From the NCBI GenBank assembly GCA_030141605.1, contig JAQGDQ010001481.1, forward strand, positions 1 to 38,719: a stretch of DNA of 38,719 bases, in the 5' to 3' direction. Shown here piece by piece: positions 12,664-25,790 of the stretch. A program made the position numbers and the translations under genes. Position 1 is the stretch's first letter, and every line of letters begins with the position of its first letter. This stretch comes from Tubiluchus corallicola. Its lineage: Eukaryota; Animalia; Priapulida. Below the pieces are notes generated by a model. That model was not told where the DNA came from and searched no databases. It saw nothing but the letters and a program-made list of their open reading frames with translations.

Positions 12664-14414
12664 TTTATTGATAATTTTGCAATTTGCATCCCAAACTTTA
12701 CTGATAGTTTTGCATTTTGTCATTTGCATCCAAAACTTAATTGTTAATTTTGCATTTTGTAATTTACATCCAAAGCTTTATTGTTAATTTTGCATTTTGT
12801 CATTTGCATCCAAAACTTAATTGTTAATTTTGCATTTTGTAATTTACATCCAAAGCTTTATTGTTAATTTCACATTTTGTAATTTGCATCCAAAGCTTTA
12901 TTGTTAATTTTGCATTTTGTAATTTGCATCCAAAGCTTTATTGATAAATTTGCATTTTTAACTTGCATCCAAGCTTTATTGTTAATTTTGCATTTTGTAA
13001 TTTGCATCCAAAGCTTTATTGTTAATTTTGCATTTTGTAATTTGCATCCAAAGCTTTATTGTTAATTTTGCATTTTGTAATTTGCATCCAAAACTTTGTT
13101 GTTAATTTTGCAATTTGGAATTTGCATCCAAAACTTTGTTGCTAATTTCTCATTTTGTAACTTGCATCCAAAACTTTATTGTTAATTTTGCATTTTGTAA
13201 TTTGCATCCAAAGCTTAATGGTTAATTTTGCATTTTGTGATTTGCATCCAAAGCTTATTTGTTAATTTTGCATTTTGTAATTTGCATCCAAAGCTTTATT
13301 GTTAATTTTGCATTTTTAACTTGCATCCAAGCTTTATTGTTAATTTTGCGTAATTTCATCCGAAGTTTTATTGTTTATTTCGCATTTTGTAATTTGCATC
13401 CAAAGCTTTATTGTTAATTTCGCATTTTGTAATTTGCATCCAAAGCTTTATTGATAAATTTGCATTTTTAACTTGCATCCAAAGCTTTATTGTTAATTTC
13501 ACATTTTGTGATTTGCATCCAAAGCTATATTGTTAATTTTGCGTTTTGTAATTTGCATCCAAAGTTTTATTGTTTATTTCGCATTTTGTAATTTGCATCC
13601 AAAGCTTTATTGTTAATTTCGCATTTTGTAATTTGCATCCAAAGCTTTATTGATAAATTTGCATTTTTAACTTGCATCCAAAGCTTTATTGTTAATTTCA
13701 CATTTTGTGATTTGCATCCAAAGCTATATTGTTAATTTCGCATTTTGTAATTTGCATCCAAAGCTTTATTGATAAATTTGCATTTTTAACTTGCATCCAA
13801 AGCTTTATTGTTAATTTCACATTTTGTAATTTGCATCCAAAGCTATATTGTTAATTTTGCATTTTGTAATTTACATCCAAAGCTTTATTGTTAATTTTGC
13901 ATTTTGTGATTTGCATCCAAAACTATATCGTTAATTTTGCATTTTGTTATTTGCATCCAAAACTTAATTGTTAATTTTGCATTTTGTAATTTACATCCAA
14001 AGCTTTATTGTTAATTTTGCATTTTGTCATTTGCATCCAAAACTTAATTGTTAATTTTGCATTTTGTAATTTACATCCAAAGCTTTATTGTTAATTTCAC
14101 ATTTTGTAATTTGCATCCAAAACTTCATTGTTAATTTTGCATTTTGTCATTTGCATCCAAAGCTTTATTGTTAATTTTGCATTTTGTCATTTGCATCCAA
14201 AGCTTTATTGTTAATTTTGCATTTCATAACTTGCATCCAAAACTTTATTGTTAATTTTGCATTTTGTAATTTGCATCCAAAACTTTATTGTTAATTTTGC
14301 ATTTTGTAATTTGTATCCAAAACTTAATTGTTAATTTTGCATTTTCTAATTTGCATCCAAAACTATATTGTTAATTTTGCATTTTGTAATTTGCATGAAA
14401 AACTTTGTTAATTT
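12664..14414. repeat. 40-bp AT-rich minisatellite, ~43 copies
   Basis: Unit TTGTTAATTTTGCATTTTGTAATTTGCATCCAAAGCTTTA with variants. Confidence 0.97.
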
Positions 14415-15102
14415 TCTGCGTTTTTGGTTGTGAGAATTTATATTCATTTTGTTTTGCTTGAATATTAATGCTTGTATTTTTTCAGTTTTGATTTTTTATT
14501 TCAACGGTTATTTTGAGTTGCTTCATTTAACATGATTCTGTTTTGTTTCATAGTTTATTGCACAATTATGAACCTACACGCATGTGTTGATTTCCATAAT
14601 TTTTGCATTTAAATGTGAACGATGCTTTAGTTACTGAAAATCATATTACGTAAATTAATTCTGTTTTTGCGCTAATTTCGTTGACTTTTAATTGTACTTT
14701 TGCTGTTATTATTATTTAGTTCTCCTATTGTGAAACTATCATTATTTTATTGTGTCCAAATATTCAGCATTTTTACGAATTTTAAGAAATGAATTTCGCG
14801 ACATCCAACCATGTATGAAAACTGAACAATTTCTAAAATAAGGGTGGCTGAGTTCATTGACCGTATGGTTGTTGACCACATTTCTCCACGCTACTTTGTA
14901 ATTGTATTTCCTTATACACTACAAAATGTTTTTCATTTTAATGAATTTAGAAATATCTAAATATTTGTGTGCACTGTTAAACTTGTAGGAGTTAAGTAAG
15001 TATGTTTTGTTCTATCTTAACTTTGTAGGCATTTGGGAACATTGTAAAAAATGAGGAAGAAAAGACAAAATCCTGGAATTCTGAAATTCTGTAACTCTGG
15101 GT

Positions 15103-15358
15103 GCACACACACACACATACACACACATGCACACACACACACATACAATCACATGTGCACACACACACACACACCTACATACATGCGCACGCGCATTATC
15201 ACATGTGCACACACACATACATACACACACACACATACACACACACACATACACACACACACGCATGAACACACACACACGTATGCACACACACACACAC
15301 ACACGTGCACACACATACACACACACACACACACGTGCACACACATACACACACGCAT

Positions 15359-15389
<31 letters not shown>
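15103..15389. repeat. (CA)n imperfect microsatellite
   Basis: Read directly. Confidence 0.95.
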
Positions 15390-15390
<1 letters not shown>

Positions 15391-15444
15391 TTGTCTAAAG
15401 TTTTGCCATATGGCATTTTATTTTCGCACCAAATTTGAAAATCT

Positions 15445-16368
15445 TGTTACGGAGGCACCTGTGTCAGGTCAGGTGTTGGGCCCTCTACACGCCCTGCTTC
15501 CACATCAGCAGCGACTCACCCCTTTCTTGTAGGTCCAGACGTCTTGTTTGGGCCTACACGTGGTGTGAGAAGCCAGCTGACCTGGAATGCCAGTATAAAA
15601 GCGTGTAGAGGTCACTACAGCCTTGATTTCTGACACAGGTGCTCCTCGGGTGTAGTGCTGTTACTGAGTTAGTTAGTTATTTTTTGTGCACGTGTATTTT
15701 GTTCCCTATTGTTATTAGTGCTGATAATAAACTCCGTACAGTGTAGTTTTTGTGTATTTTATTTTATGAGAGTTAAATGACATGCTATAACAGGTATATG
15801 GTACTAGTTTACAGACATTAACTTAGTTAATTAGCATAACATTTGTAATTAAAATTGACATTTGTAGTTAAGTAATCAGTTACACAACGATAGTAAAATG
15901 GATCTTCATGATGCGCAATATCAAGACCGCCATGCCATCTTGGAGTTCGACCCCCTGAGTCGAATTCAGTCCAATATCAAGACCGCCATGCCATCTTGAA
16001 GTTCGACCCCCTGAGTCGAATTCAGTCCAATATCAAGACCGCCATGCCATCTTGGAGTTCGACCCCCTGAGTCGAATTCAGTCCAATATCAAGACCGCCA
16101 TGCCATCTTGAAGTTCGACCCCCTGAGTCGAATTCAGTCCAATATCAAGACCGCCATGCCATCTTGGAGTTCGACCCCCTGAGTCGAATTCAGTCCAATA
16201 TCAAGACCGCCATGCCATCTTGGAGTTCGACCCCCTGAGTCGAATTCAGTCCAATATCAAGACCGCCATGCCATCTTGGAGTTCGACCCCCTGAGTCGAA
16301 TTCAGTCCAATATCAAGACCGCCATGCCATCTTGGAGTTTGACCCCCTGAGTCGAATTCAGTCCAATA
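15445..16368 (+). mobile_element. Solo-LTR-like repeat (family B, copy 2) with tandemly expanded 3' segment
   Basis: Starts TGTTACGG, has TATAAAA at 15594-15600 and AATAAA at 15726-15731, and is homologous to 778-1285 (minus). Confidence 0.7.
15916..16368. repeat. 56-bp minisatellite, 8 copies
   Basis: Unit CAATATCAAGACCGCCATGCCATCTTGGAGTTCGACCCCCTGAGTCGAATTCAGTC, containing a TTCGAC...GTCGAA hairpin. Confidence 0.97.
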
Positions 16369-17147
16369 CGTTCAGAAATATTAACAATTTCCCGTGTTAT
16401 TTTGCATAATTAAATCTATTCAGTATCTCTGATGTTCATAATAGATTTGTTTAGATATAAAAACAGTATTTTGCACTAATTGATGTTTGTGTATCACGTA
16501 TGATTCATGTATGTATCACGCATAATTCATGTATGTATCTTCATCTATTATCCACGTGTCTGTTTATATGTCTTTAGACATTTAAAACGCAAGACGCCAC
16601 CTGACATATAAAATCGAAAAGGTAAAGGCTCGCCCGTCATTAATTAAGTACTCAATCTATTATTTAATTATCGTAAACTTCCAAATTTCCCACACCTACT
16701 GCAGCAGTCATACCACAATCCTGGTACAGATTATGCAAAACAAGGCATCATTGATAAATCTTTAGAGCTGATGTCAACATAGCGCAATCTATTATCTTTC
16801 TTCCTACCATTTCCACTAACACATCATTCTACCTTTCCTGTGTGATCTAGCCTTTCTCCCAGTTCTTTTTTTGTTCACTCATCCATTCCTTTTTTATCTG
16901 GTTCACATGACACTGGGCTTATACAAGCCTTTGCTTCTCTAGCCCACTGCAGTACAATTATTCTTTTATGATAACGATAGTGTATAAAACATAAAAATTT
17001 GATACAGTATGACGTAATAATTTTGATGTCACTGTGTGCTTTATATTGTGATAATAATATAATACCATTGAATACTATAATGAATGAGTACTAATGTGTA
17101 CTATGAATGTGATAATAATAATAAATAATAATAAAAAAAATAATAAT

Positions 17148-17241
17148 AAACGCTTTTGCAGTATTAATTTTATTAAAATGTATACTTTTTACCGTGCTTG
17201 AAAAATGGAATAGTCATGAAAAATCATCCTGTCTTCCTTTA
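17148..17241. mobile_element. TTAA-ended element terminus (Kolobok-like?)
   Basis: Inverted homolog of 23440-23535; both end in AAAAATCATCCTGTCTT.CTTTAA. Confidence 0.5.
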
Positions 17242-17462
17242 AACACCGTTACAAGTTACAATGCTGTCGGAAGTCAATGATCCCCTTGACCCAGTGTAGT
17301 GGTCATTGCCTCAAGCTCACAGCAACCCACCCCCCCGCACGAGAAATGGCAGAACCCAGCACGTGGCACGTGGCAGACAGTGAAATCTGACAAAGACAAT
17401 ATTTACACAAAGGTGAAAACCGTCAGGAGTTTGAGAGACTTTGTAATTGCAAATATCCTTAA

Positions 17463-17903
17463 CCCTTTCATACCCATTGTATCCCGTGGGATACGAGAAT
17501 ATTTTCCGCCTTTAAAATTAATAAAATTTTAAAACTGACAGTTATTTGGTCTGTTAATAGTTATTTTGATTTAAGACAATAACAAGAGACTAAAAATGGT
17601 GATAAAATGGCAAGGTAGGAAATCTACGTAGCAGAAAAAACTGCGCCAGGTACAGTACTTTAGAGACGACTTTGTACAGATCAGTATAGCATGAATACTA
17701 AATGTCTTAGATACTTTAAAAAATTATCAGCAGTTGCAAAATGAAGCAGATTTTATGCTTCCATTGAATCTCAATGTATCCCGTGGGATACAGGCTATAT
17801 TTAGCACGCGGGCACAGGTAGAAAAAATAATTATTATGTGTAAACAAGATGGACATAGTGAACAAAAGTACCAAATCAAAAAAATAAATTGGGACTGAAA
17901 GGG
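17463..17903 (+). mobile_element. piggyBac-type MITE (family A, copy 2)
   Basis: TTAA TSD at 17459-17462 and 17904-17907, CCCTTTCA TIR. Confidence 0.92.
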
Positions 17904-18157
17904 TTAATGATGCTTATGCAAAGGTCAAACTTTCCAGGAGGTCAGGCTTATTTCAATGTTCGCGAAAAATGTTAGAAGGATTTAGTAATAAAACTACAAT
18001 AAGCGCCTCGTGTAGCTAGTAGAATCACTTTAAAGTCGCGATCAGTTCATACTTGGGCGCTCCCATTTTCAATGCCCATTCTTCTTCCAATGACGTCATT
18101 CGTCTTGAAGAAAAGTAGCGCACTGTCAATCTTCGTCAAAAGTGTAATAAGTTTTTT

Positions 18158-18432
18158 ATAATAATAATAATAATAATAATCTTTATTTAAAGTCGGCTTT
18201 TGGGTCAACAATTAACATTAGCTCAAAGAGCTATTATCGCCGACTGTAGATAACAACCTACAACTGCATAACAGAGACTATTATTACCCCACTTTTATCC
18301 TAAATACCACGCGTCAGGCAGGGAAACAGCAGGTACCATTTTTAAAGTCTTTGGCATGACCCGGCCGCTGGTTCGAACTCACGACCTCCCAGACGAAAAG
18401 CGGACGCACTACCACTAGACTAAACGGTTTGG
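18158..18432 (-). mobile_element. tRNA-derived SINE (copy 2)
   Basis: Highly similar to 1630-1877, A and B boxes on the minus strand, (ATT)n tail. Confidence 0.85.
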
Positions 18433-18692
18433 TTTCATTTTTACAAATTTTGTAATATTAATTTGTGAACATTAGGTAAGGTGCAGGAGTTTAAATAGTC
18501 TAAGCAACGCGCGCTTACGGAAAGTTACGATACGCTTACGAAAAGTCACGAAGTCTCTCAATTATGTCATGATTTTCAAAGAATGGCGGCCACCACCACG
18601 CATGAAAGTTTCTATTCAGAGGTGATACATTTTAAATTTACACTTTATAGGCAGTTCTTTGCAAATTTCTTTGTTAAATTTGTCTAAGTTCC

Positions 18693-19276
18693 AGTGATAA
18701 CAGTAAAAAAAACCCAACATACTGAGTGACTTGTTCTTTCCTCCAGCACACCACAAACAGTTTAAGTGATAACAGTAAAATAAACCAAACACACCGAGTG
18801 ACTTGTTCTTTCCTTTAGCACACCACAAACAGTTTTAGTGATAACAGTAAAATAAACCCAACATACTGAGTGACTTGTTCTTTCCTTTAGCACACCACAA
18901 ACAGTTTAAATTATAACAGTAAAATAAACCCAACATACTGAGTGAATTGTTCTTTCCTTTAGCACACCACAAACAGTTTTAATGATAACAGTAAAATAAA
19001 CCCAACATACTGAGTGAATTGTTCTTTCCTTTAGCACACCACAAACAGTTTAAGTGATAACAGTCATATAAACCAAACACACCGAGTGACTTGTTCTTTC
19101 CTTTAGCACACCACAAACAGTATAAGTGATAACAGTAAAATAAACCCAACATACTGAGTGACTTGTTCTTTCCTTTAGCACACCACAAACAGTTTAAGTG
19201 ATAACAGTAAAATAAACCCAACATACTGAGTGACTTGTTCTTTCCTTTAGCACACCACAAACAGTTTAAGTGATAA
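18693..19276. repeat. 72-bp minisatellite, ~8 copies
   Basis: Unit AGTGATAACAGTAAAATAAACCCAACATACTGAGTGACTTGTTCTTTCCTTTAGCACACCACAAACAGTTTA. Confidence 0.95.
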
Positions 19277-19685
19277 AAACGTTAACTCATTAAAGTTAAA
19301 AATGACTTACGAGAAATTCATTGAAGAAAAATCTCTGAAAATTCTATGTTTTTTAAAACAAAACGTTTTTGTTTTTTAGACAGCGTAAAATCTGGAGAAA
19401 ACGTCACAAGAATAGTTTTTACTATCAGCAAACTGTCAGCCATATTGTAACGGAGGCTGAGCTAATGGTACTACTGTAATTTAAATCAGTTATCATTAAT
19501 TTTTATTGTAGTTTTAATTTCGCTTGACAGTTGATTTTTTGCTTGCTATGAACTGATTTATAATTTTCCTTTGCCTTTTGCTTTACCTTTACATTGTTTC
19601 GTATAAGATATTTACGCTTTGATAATTTTTTATTTGTTTTTTTTTCATTTGTGCCAATCAAAAAATTCTGTTCTTAAAACAGAAG

Positions 19686-19810
19686 CAGCTGGGTTAGTGA
19701 CCAGTTGGTCTTTCACTGCTCCTACTCAAGTATTACTGAAATTTTCTGCTTCTAAGATATTATAATGTGAAACGAATGTTGAGAAAATAAAATCAATTGA
19801 ATTGAATTGA
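19686..19810 (+). mobile_element. LINE/SINE 3' end remnant
   Basis: Similar to 9395-9510, with AATAAA and an (ATTGA)n tail. Confidence 0.5.
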
Positions 19811-21434
19811 AATATTTTTTTTATCCTAGAAAAAGCACAATAACTAAATTGTTTTTTTATTTTTTAATGTACGTTTGTAATTGTATTCACCTATTTTTGT
19901 ATTATACCAAAAATTATTATGCAGAAGTCATTATTATTAAGCATGGCATTCAGCGTTTTTGTAGGTGGCAGCACTCGTGTTATGAACACTTACTATTATT
20001 ATACTGTAAAGCAACAACAACAGCAAAACATGTAGCGCCATCGGTTGGCAAGAGAAGAGCATTTCAGGCGAATTTCTCCTCATCATTCTGTTACTGATTA
20101 ATTTAAACATAATTTATTATAGGATTGGATCAGACAGTTTGAACAACATGATTTAGGATCCTCACCACAACAGACTATATACACGATTTACAAAAACATT
20201 TACAGTAAGAATTGACTATAACTACACAAGCTGACAAGTTTTACTACAAGATTACATTAGACATTAGTAAAAAATGACGGTTAGTAAATATTAACGTACG
20301 AATATTTAAGACTGATGCATTTCATATCAGATAGAAACTACTGGAAGCGTTTAGTACGTAATATAAAGTCGAGTATACATTGGAATATTTTACAGTTACC
20401 AACATAGTTAAATTCATCTTTACCGAATAATAACAACTTCAACAGATCATTAGTTCCTAAAGCAGCTATATTAAGGTAGTATTGCTGTTAATGATTGATA
20501 GGTTCCCAACTCCCTTACGGTTCTCTTCATAACGGGACTGAACAGCTGATTAATATAGCAGACACAATGGTTTGACGGATCAATACCGATTCATTTAAAA
20601 GCCTTTGCTTATGTTTATGAGCTTGCACGCTTATTGTTCATGCATTTGCAAATTTAAATCACCATTGGGCAGATGGTACAGCTGGAGAGACCGTTGCACC
20701 ACCAGAAAGAGGAGACTTCATTTCAAAAAGTGACTTCTTTAGTGCAAGTAGGAAAGCGGGAGGCTGGAGGGATGGTATGAGGGTTCTATGTTCTCAAAGG
20801 TAAGGTAAACTTATTGTTGCTTTGTCTTTTTTGTTTTACTTTTCAGAAAAAGATTCAGAATGAGTGAAGCTGCACAATTAATTTTTCGTAATTAGTTTAA
20901 TTTATTTTTTCCCCTTTTCTCTCTGGATTAAATAAATTTTGAAAAGGAGATTTTGGTCTTTTCACTAATAAAAATTGATGAAAAAACTTTTTACTGAAAA
21001 ATGTTAACAGCAAAATTTGTTATTAATTTTTATTGATGAAAAATTAGTTAAATTGCTAATTACAATCAGTTAATTTTAATTTTAATTCTTTCTTGTTGTT
21101 TGATATCTTCTTGCTGTCTTTCTAGTTGCCTATTATTTTCTTTGTTTTAATTGTTTCTTGTTCCCGTAAAATTTTACTTTTCACCGGAAGCATGGAGACT
21201 TGAAATGATTCGAATGAAGCAAAAAAATGGAGTTTGCAGAATTTTTCAACCTAAAATGTTCATCTTTTATAGAAATTGTTGTAAGATGTAAAGAATTACT
21301 AAAAAAACTTTCTTGATTTAAATGCTTAGTGCTTTACAATTATCATAAATTTAATTATATAATAGTTAAGTAATTACTATGCATATATGCAACAATGCGC
21401 TATTGTGTATGTATTATTACTATGTATGTAATTA

Positions 21435-21715
<281 letters not shown>

Positions 21716-22000
21716 TTTTAATTCTGAAAATCGAATTTCTTACACTAAAATTACAAACTCGACGCATACCCGATGGTTTTATCAGCGGACTGAACTCGGG
21801 TAATGATTTCCAGATCATACTAACAATTTAACTCAACGTAGATGCACAAGGTATATACACAAATATACAAATTTAGTTGTAAACTCCATGAAGCGAAAAA
21901 ACTATTTACTAAGCCTTTGTACACATGTGATAAATAAATATTTTACCTATGTGATAATCACAGTGATGCGGTTATATGTCCGCTAACAAAGCTATACTAT

Positions 22001-22290
22001 TCAATTCAAAAATCTATGCATACAGTCGTAAATGAAATTTCCTATTGACATTAATTCTGCGTCAAATAAATTTGCAATATTACTATAATTTAACGCGCAC
22101 AGTGATCTATAAAGTGCATTTTCATGGCATTCGCACAAAAAATGCTCTTCTGTCTGAATTTCTCCACAAAGACACGGCCTGCGCTCACGAGGTACATTTG
22201 CCCAACGACCTGCTTCTATCTGCATTTCTCCACAAAGACATAGCCTGCGCTCAACGAGCTACATTTGCCCAACGACCTGTTTCTAATGTA
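22001..22290 (-). mobile_element. 5'-truncated non-LTR retrotransposon, ORF2 C-terminal Cys/His region
   Basis: IEAGRWANVPRERRPCLCGEIQTEEHFLCEC matches the IE.GR....R..R.C..C....E.HFL..C motif found at the end of many invertebrate LINE ORF2s. Internal ~60-bp duplication at 22159 and 22225. Confidence 0.75.
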
Positions 22291-22982
22291 AGCACCGAAT
22301 TTGTTACTTTTGTCAAAAGTCCGATGTAAACGGATAAATTCACAATTGAGCTTCACGAATTATCAACGGTATTCAGGTTAAAAATAATTTTTATTTTAAA
22401 CATAATTTATTTTGTTGAGATTAGACAGTTTTAGAAAGCTGATGCACGAATCATTAAGCAACATTTCTGTGTATTTCAGATTAAATAAGCATTATCACGT
22501 TTAAATATTCCAAATTAGCATAGTAATTAATTAATAAATAAATATCTCAATTATCCTCATTAACTGGCAATAGTATTTGTCTTAAATGTGTTCAGTTAGG
22601 TTCAGTTGAACAAAGTAACGTTCAAATGTTGGACATTTGCGTATGAACTTTTGCCGTTAGAACGGGGCAGATGTTATTAAAATACGGTTATAACGGTATC
22701 ATTTTGACACAAAGCCCCGTTAGACCCGGCGTCTGCCGTGCGCGCTACTGCGCATGTGCAGATCAATACACGTTTGTAAGGCAGGTGCTCTTTGATATTA
22801 TCCATTGACGGGGGAGCAGAATTATTACAGACGCACCTAGGCGTGAAACTAACGTAATTTGGCACATAAAGTGCGCTGAAATTGGTTCACAAACTGTCTT
22901 CAAATTGATGAAACAAATTTTTTGATATTTTTCACAAAGTTTATAGGATACACGCGGTTTTCAAAAGTACTTTTTAGTTTAA

Positions 22983-23439
22983 CCCTTTCAGTCCCAAATT
23001 ATTTTTAATAAGAAATTTTTTTTGGCTTGGTACTTTTGTTCAGTATGTCCATCTTGTTTACACACAATAATAATTTTTTTCTACCTGTGCCCGTGTGCTA
23101 AATATAGCCTGTATCCCACGGGATACATTGGGATTCAATGGAAGCATAAAATGTGCTTCATTTTGCAACTGCTGATAATTTTTTAAAGTATTTAAGGCAT
23201 TTAGTATGCATGCTATGCTGATCTGTACAAAGTCGTCTCTAAAGTACTGTACCTTGCGCAGTTTTTTATGCTATGTAGATTTTCTAGTTTGCCATTTTAT
23301 CACCATTTTTAGTCTATTGTTATTGGCTTAAATCAAAATAACTATTAACAGATCAAATAACTGTCAGTTTTAAAATTTTATTAATTTTAAAGGCAGAAAA
23401 TATTCTCGTATCCCACGGGATACAACGGGTGTGAAAGGG
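22983..23439 (-). mobile_element. piggyBac-type MITE (family A, copy 3, inverted)
   Basis: TTAA at 22979-22982 and 23440-23443; reverse complement of copy 1. Confidence 0.92.
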
Positions 23440-23619
23440 TTAAAGAAAGACAGGATGATTTTTCGTATACTGTCCCATTTTTAAGTACGGTAAAAAGTAT
23501 ACAGGTATTTTAACACAATACTGTAAAAGCGTTTCTGATAATTATATAATTAACGGCCGGCGAGCTAAACTAGTGATGACATCACAAACTAACATAACTT
23601 TCAACAGCAAAAATATTCT

Positions 23620-23692
23620 ATGAGAGTGTTTGTGAAAGTGAAAATTGAAATACAGTGCTACTGTAAGAGATTCAGTGTTGTACTAAAACCAG
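23620..23692 (+). CDS. Candidate first coding exon of the SPSB3-like gene
   Basis: ATG at 23620 is open for 24 codons + 1 nt up to a consensus donor CAG|GTGAGT. Phase 1 matches the acceptor at 27412/27413. It could instead be a UTR exon. Confidence 0.4.
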
Positions 23693-24239
23693 GTGAGTTA
23701 TAAGATAAAAATTCAAATTTCAAATTTACCGCTGTGCTCACGCATGCGCTGTCGAACGTGTGTAGTTCGTAACAATTACGACAATTTGTTTTTTTCGGAA
23801 ACAAGAAATACATTTGTATATATGTATGTGTTATGTGAATGTTTATATATGTATTTTAAGTTAGGAGACGTAAATATTTTTTGGCATAGTTGCTATAGCA
23901 ACGTGTTCAAAACTAATAGTAATAATCTAATATTTGATACTCGTTGGAAATCATTATGTATATAGGCAGATAGGCAGGCAGGCAGACAGACAAACAGACA
24001 GACAGATAGGCAGGCATGCTGGGATAATAATTCTATTTTGTTATTAATTTTTTAATTTCTATTTTATTGAAAAAGTGAGTAAATGGATGAGTGAATGAAT
24101 AAGTGAATAAATGAACGAATAAATGATCGATAATCATCTAATAAACTGGCAGATAAAAGGAAAACCTGTTATTAAACAAACAAATGAATAGAATAGAATA
24201 GAATAGAATAAACAAACAAATAACCAAGCTAACTAACTG

Positions 24240-24425
24240 CTTCACTGACTGACCAATTGACTGATTAAAAGACTGGCTAACTGACTGATGATTGCTTGAC
24301 TAACAGATACACTGACTGACAGACTAACTGACCGACTGACTGTCTCACTGACTGACTGTCTCACTGAAATACTGACTAACTGACCGACTGACTGTCTCAC
24401 TGACTGACTGACTGACTAGCTGACT
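24240..24425. repeat. Degenerate (ACTG)n microsatellite
   Basis: Read directly. Confidence 0.8.
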
Positions 24426-25790
24426 CACAAACAAACAATTAGGCAAAGAACTAAACAGCGTAAGTAATATCATTTTGTACTTCATAAGACTTCATAACCA
24501 CACCATACTTTGTAACGACATTATAAGGCTTCTTGTCTGTATGTTTATAGAAGTTGTCATGGCAACTTAATTATGATAACATGTAACCATATTGTAGATC
24601 TATTAGGAGACTTTACTGTAGAATCTGTGCTATTACATCCGTTCACTAATATGCTAACTCTACACTCGTTGAACAACGTGGGCTTCTCTATTCTTTCTCC
24701 CTCCATTAGATAATCAATATTAAGGGTCAACTAGGCACTGTACATTTTGCGCAGGGGTGGGCAGTTAAGCAGGCTTCATTTCCTCCCACGCTGCGATGTT
24801 GTCTTCGAGATACGAACCACCCAATCGAACGTGAACTCTCCAAGACTGCTAGGACTCAACACTGTATTATGCAGCTTATATATAGATACATTACATCAAT
24901 TATTGTGATGAAAATAACGCTGATGACGTCATCGCAGACGACATTAGGTCTCGGCCAGTCAGATGACACGACGGCACAGATGTGGAGACAGTTATGGAAA
25001 TCTGGCTAAATTAGATTATTATTATAAACCCGGTGAACCAGTACTGATACACTTTGGTTGCTGTGTTGTTTATCCGTTGTCGTGTGCAGTTTATGAACCA
25101 GAGCGTGGGAAAACTCTTGCCAAATGAAGCCAGATTGTACGCTACGGTCAGTGGTTTCCTAGGAAAATCGACTATTTCTGAGACGGCGCCATATTTGGCA
25201 GTAAAACGCTGCGGCGGTTGCGTAGGAGAATAATTCATTTTGGAGAGGAAACGTATCTAGGCTGAGTGGTAGAGAATCGTCAGGTTGTGGAGGCGACTTC
25301 AGACTTTACATCAAACCATGGTAATTCTCAGACGTTCTCAGTAGAATGGCTACATTGGTCTGCAGTTAGCAGTATGTGTGCAGTTTGGTAGAGAAGTACT
25401 ATTATTGTACATATATTGTATCAACTTTTCAGCTGGTGAAGTGGCTTCTTCACCAAATTTGTTTTTCTGATTTTAATTATTATTATTGATCTTTTATTAG
25501 TCCCATAATTGTAATCATTTAATATCATTTTTTAATGCACTAAAATCTTCAATATGTTTCATTCTATGTATTTTTCTCTATTGTGATGTTGCAAAGCCAA
25601 AGTTTTGTCAGGTATTGGACCTGTTATTGATAAGTGTAGAGAGTTTTGTTGAGTAGTCAAAATGTGTTGTTAACTTCCAAAGTTAAGCAATATCAAGCTT
25701 AGTTAGCAAATAAATGGGTGACTGTTAAAGACTGACTTCCAGGCTGCTTCTTGTGTAATAATGACTTCAGCAATTAATTTTCTTGCTTAA

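Noticed and set aside
14992-15532. CV/HT-repeat ORFs (likewise 21432-21818, 26727-27419, 33519-34404, 36681-37190, 37947-38192)
   Set aside because: Microsatellite translations.
15916-16368. CRISPR-like appearance of hairpin-containing repeats (also the 40-bp arrays)
   Set aside because: Units are head-to-tail without unique spacers, there are no cas genes, and the context is eukaryotic.
18616-19260. Cys/His-rich 24-aa repeat ORFs resembling zinc fingers
   Set aside because: Translation of the 72-bp minisatellite; spacing does not fit C2H2 and the frame is broken by stops.
20670-20805. Purine-rich segment ending in AAG|GTAAGG as a coding exon of SPSB3
   Set aside because: Available ATGs hit a stop or give phase 0 or 2, incompatible with the phase-1 acceptor at 27413. 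A UTR exon is not excluded.
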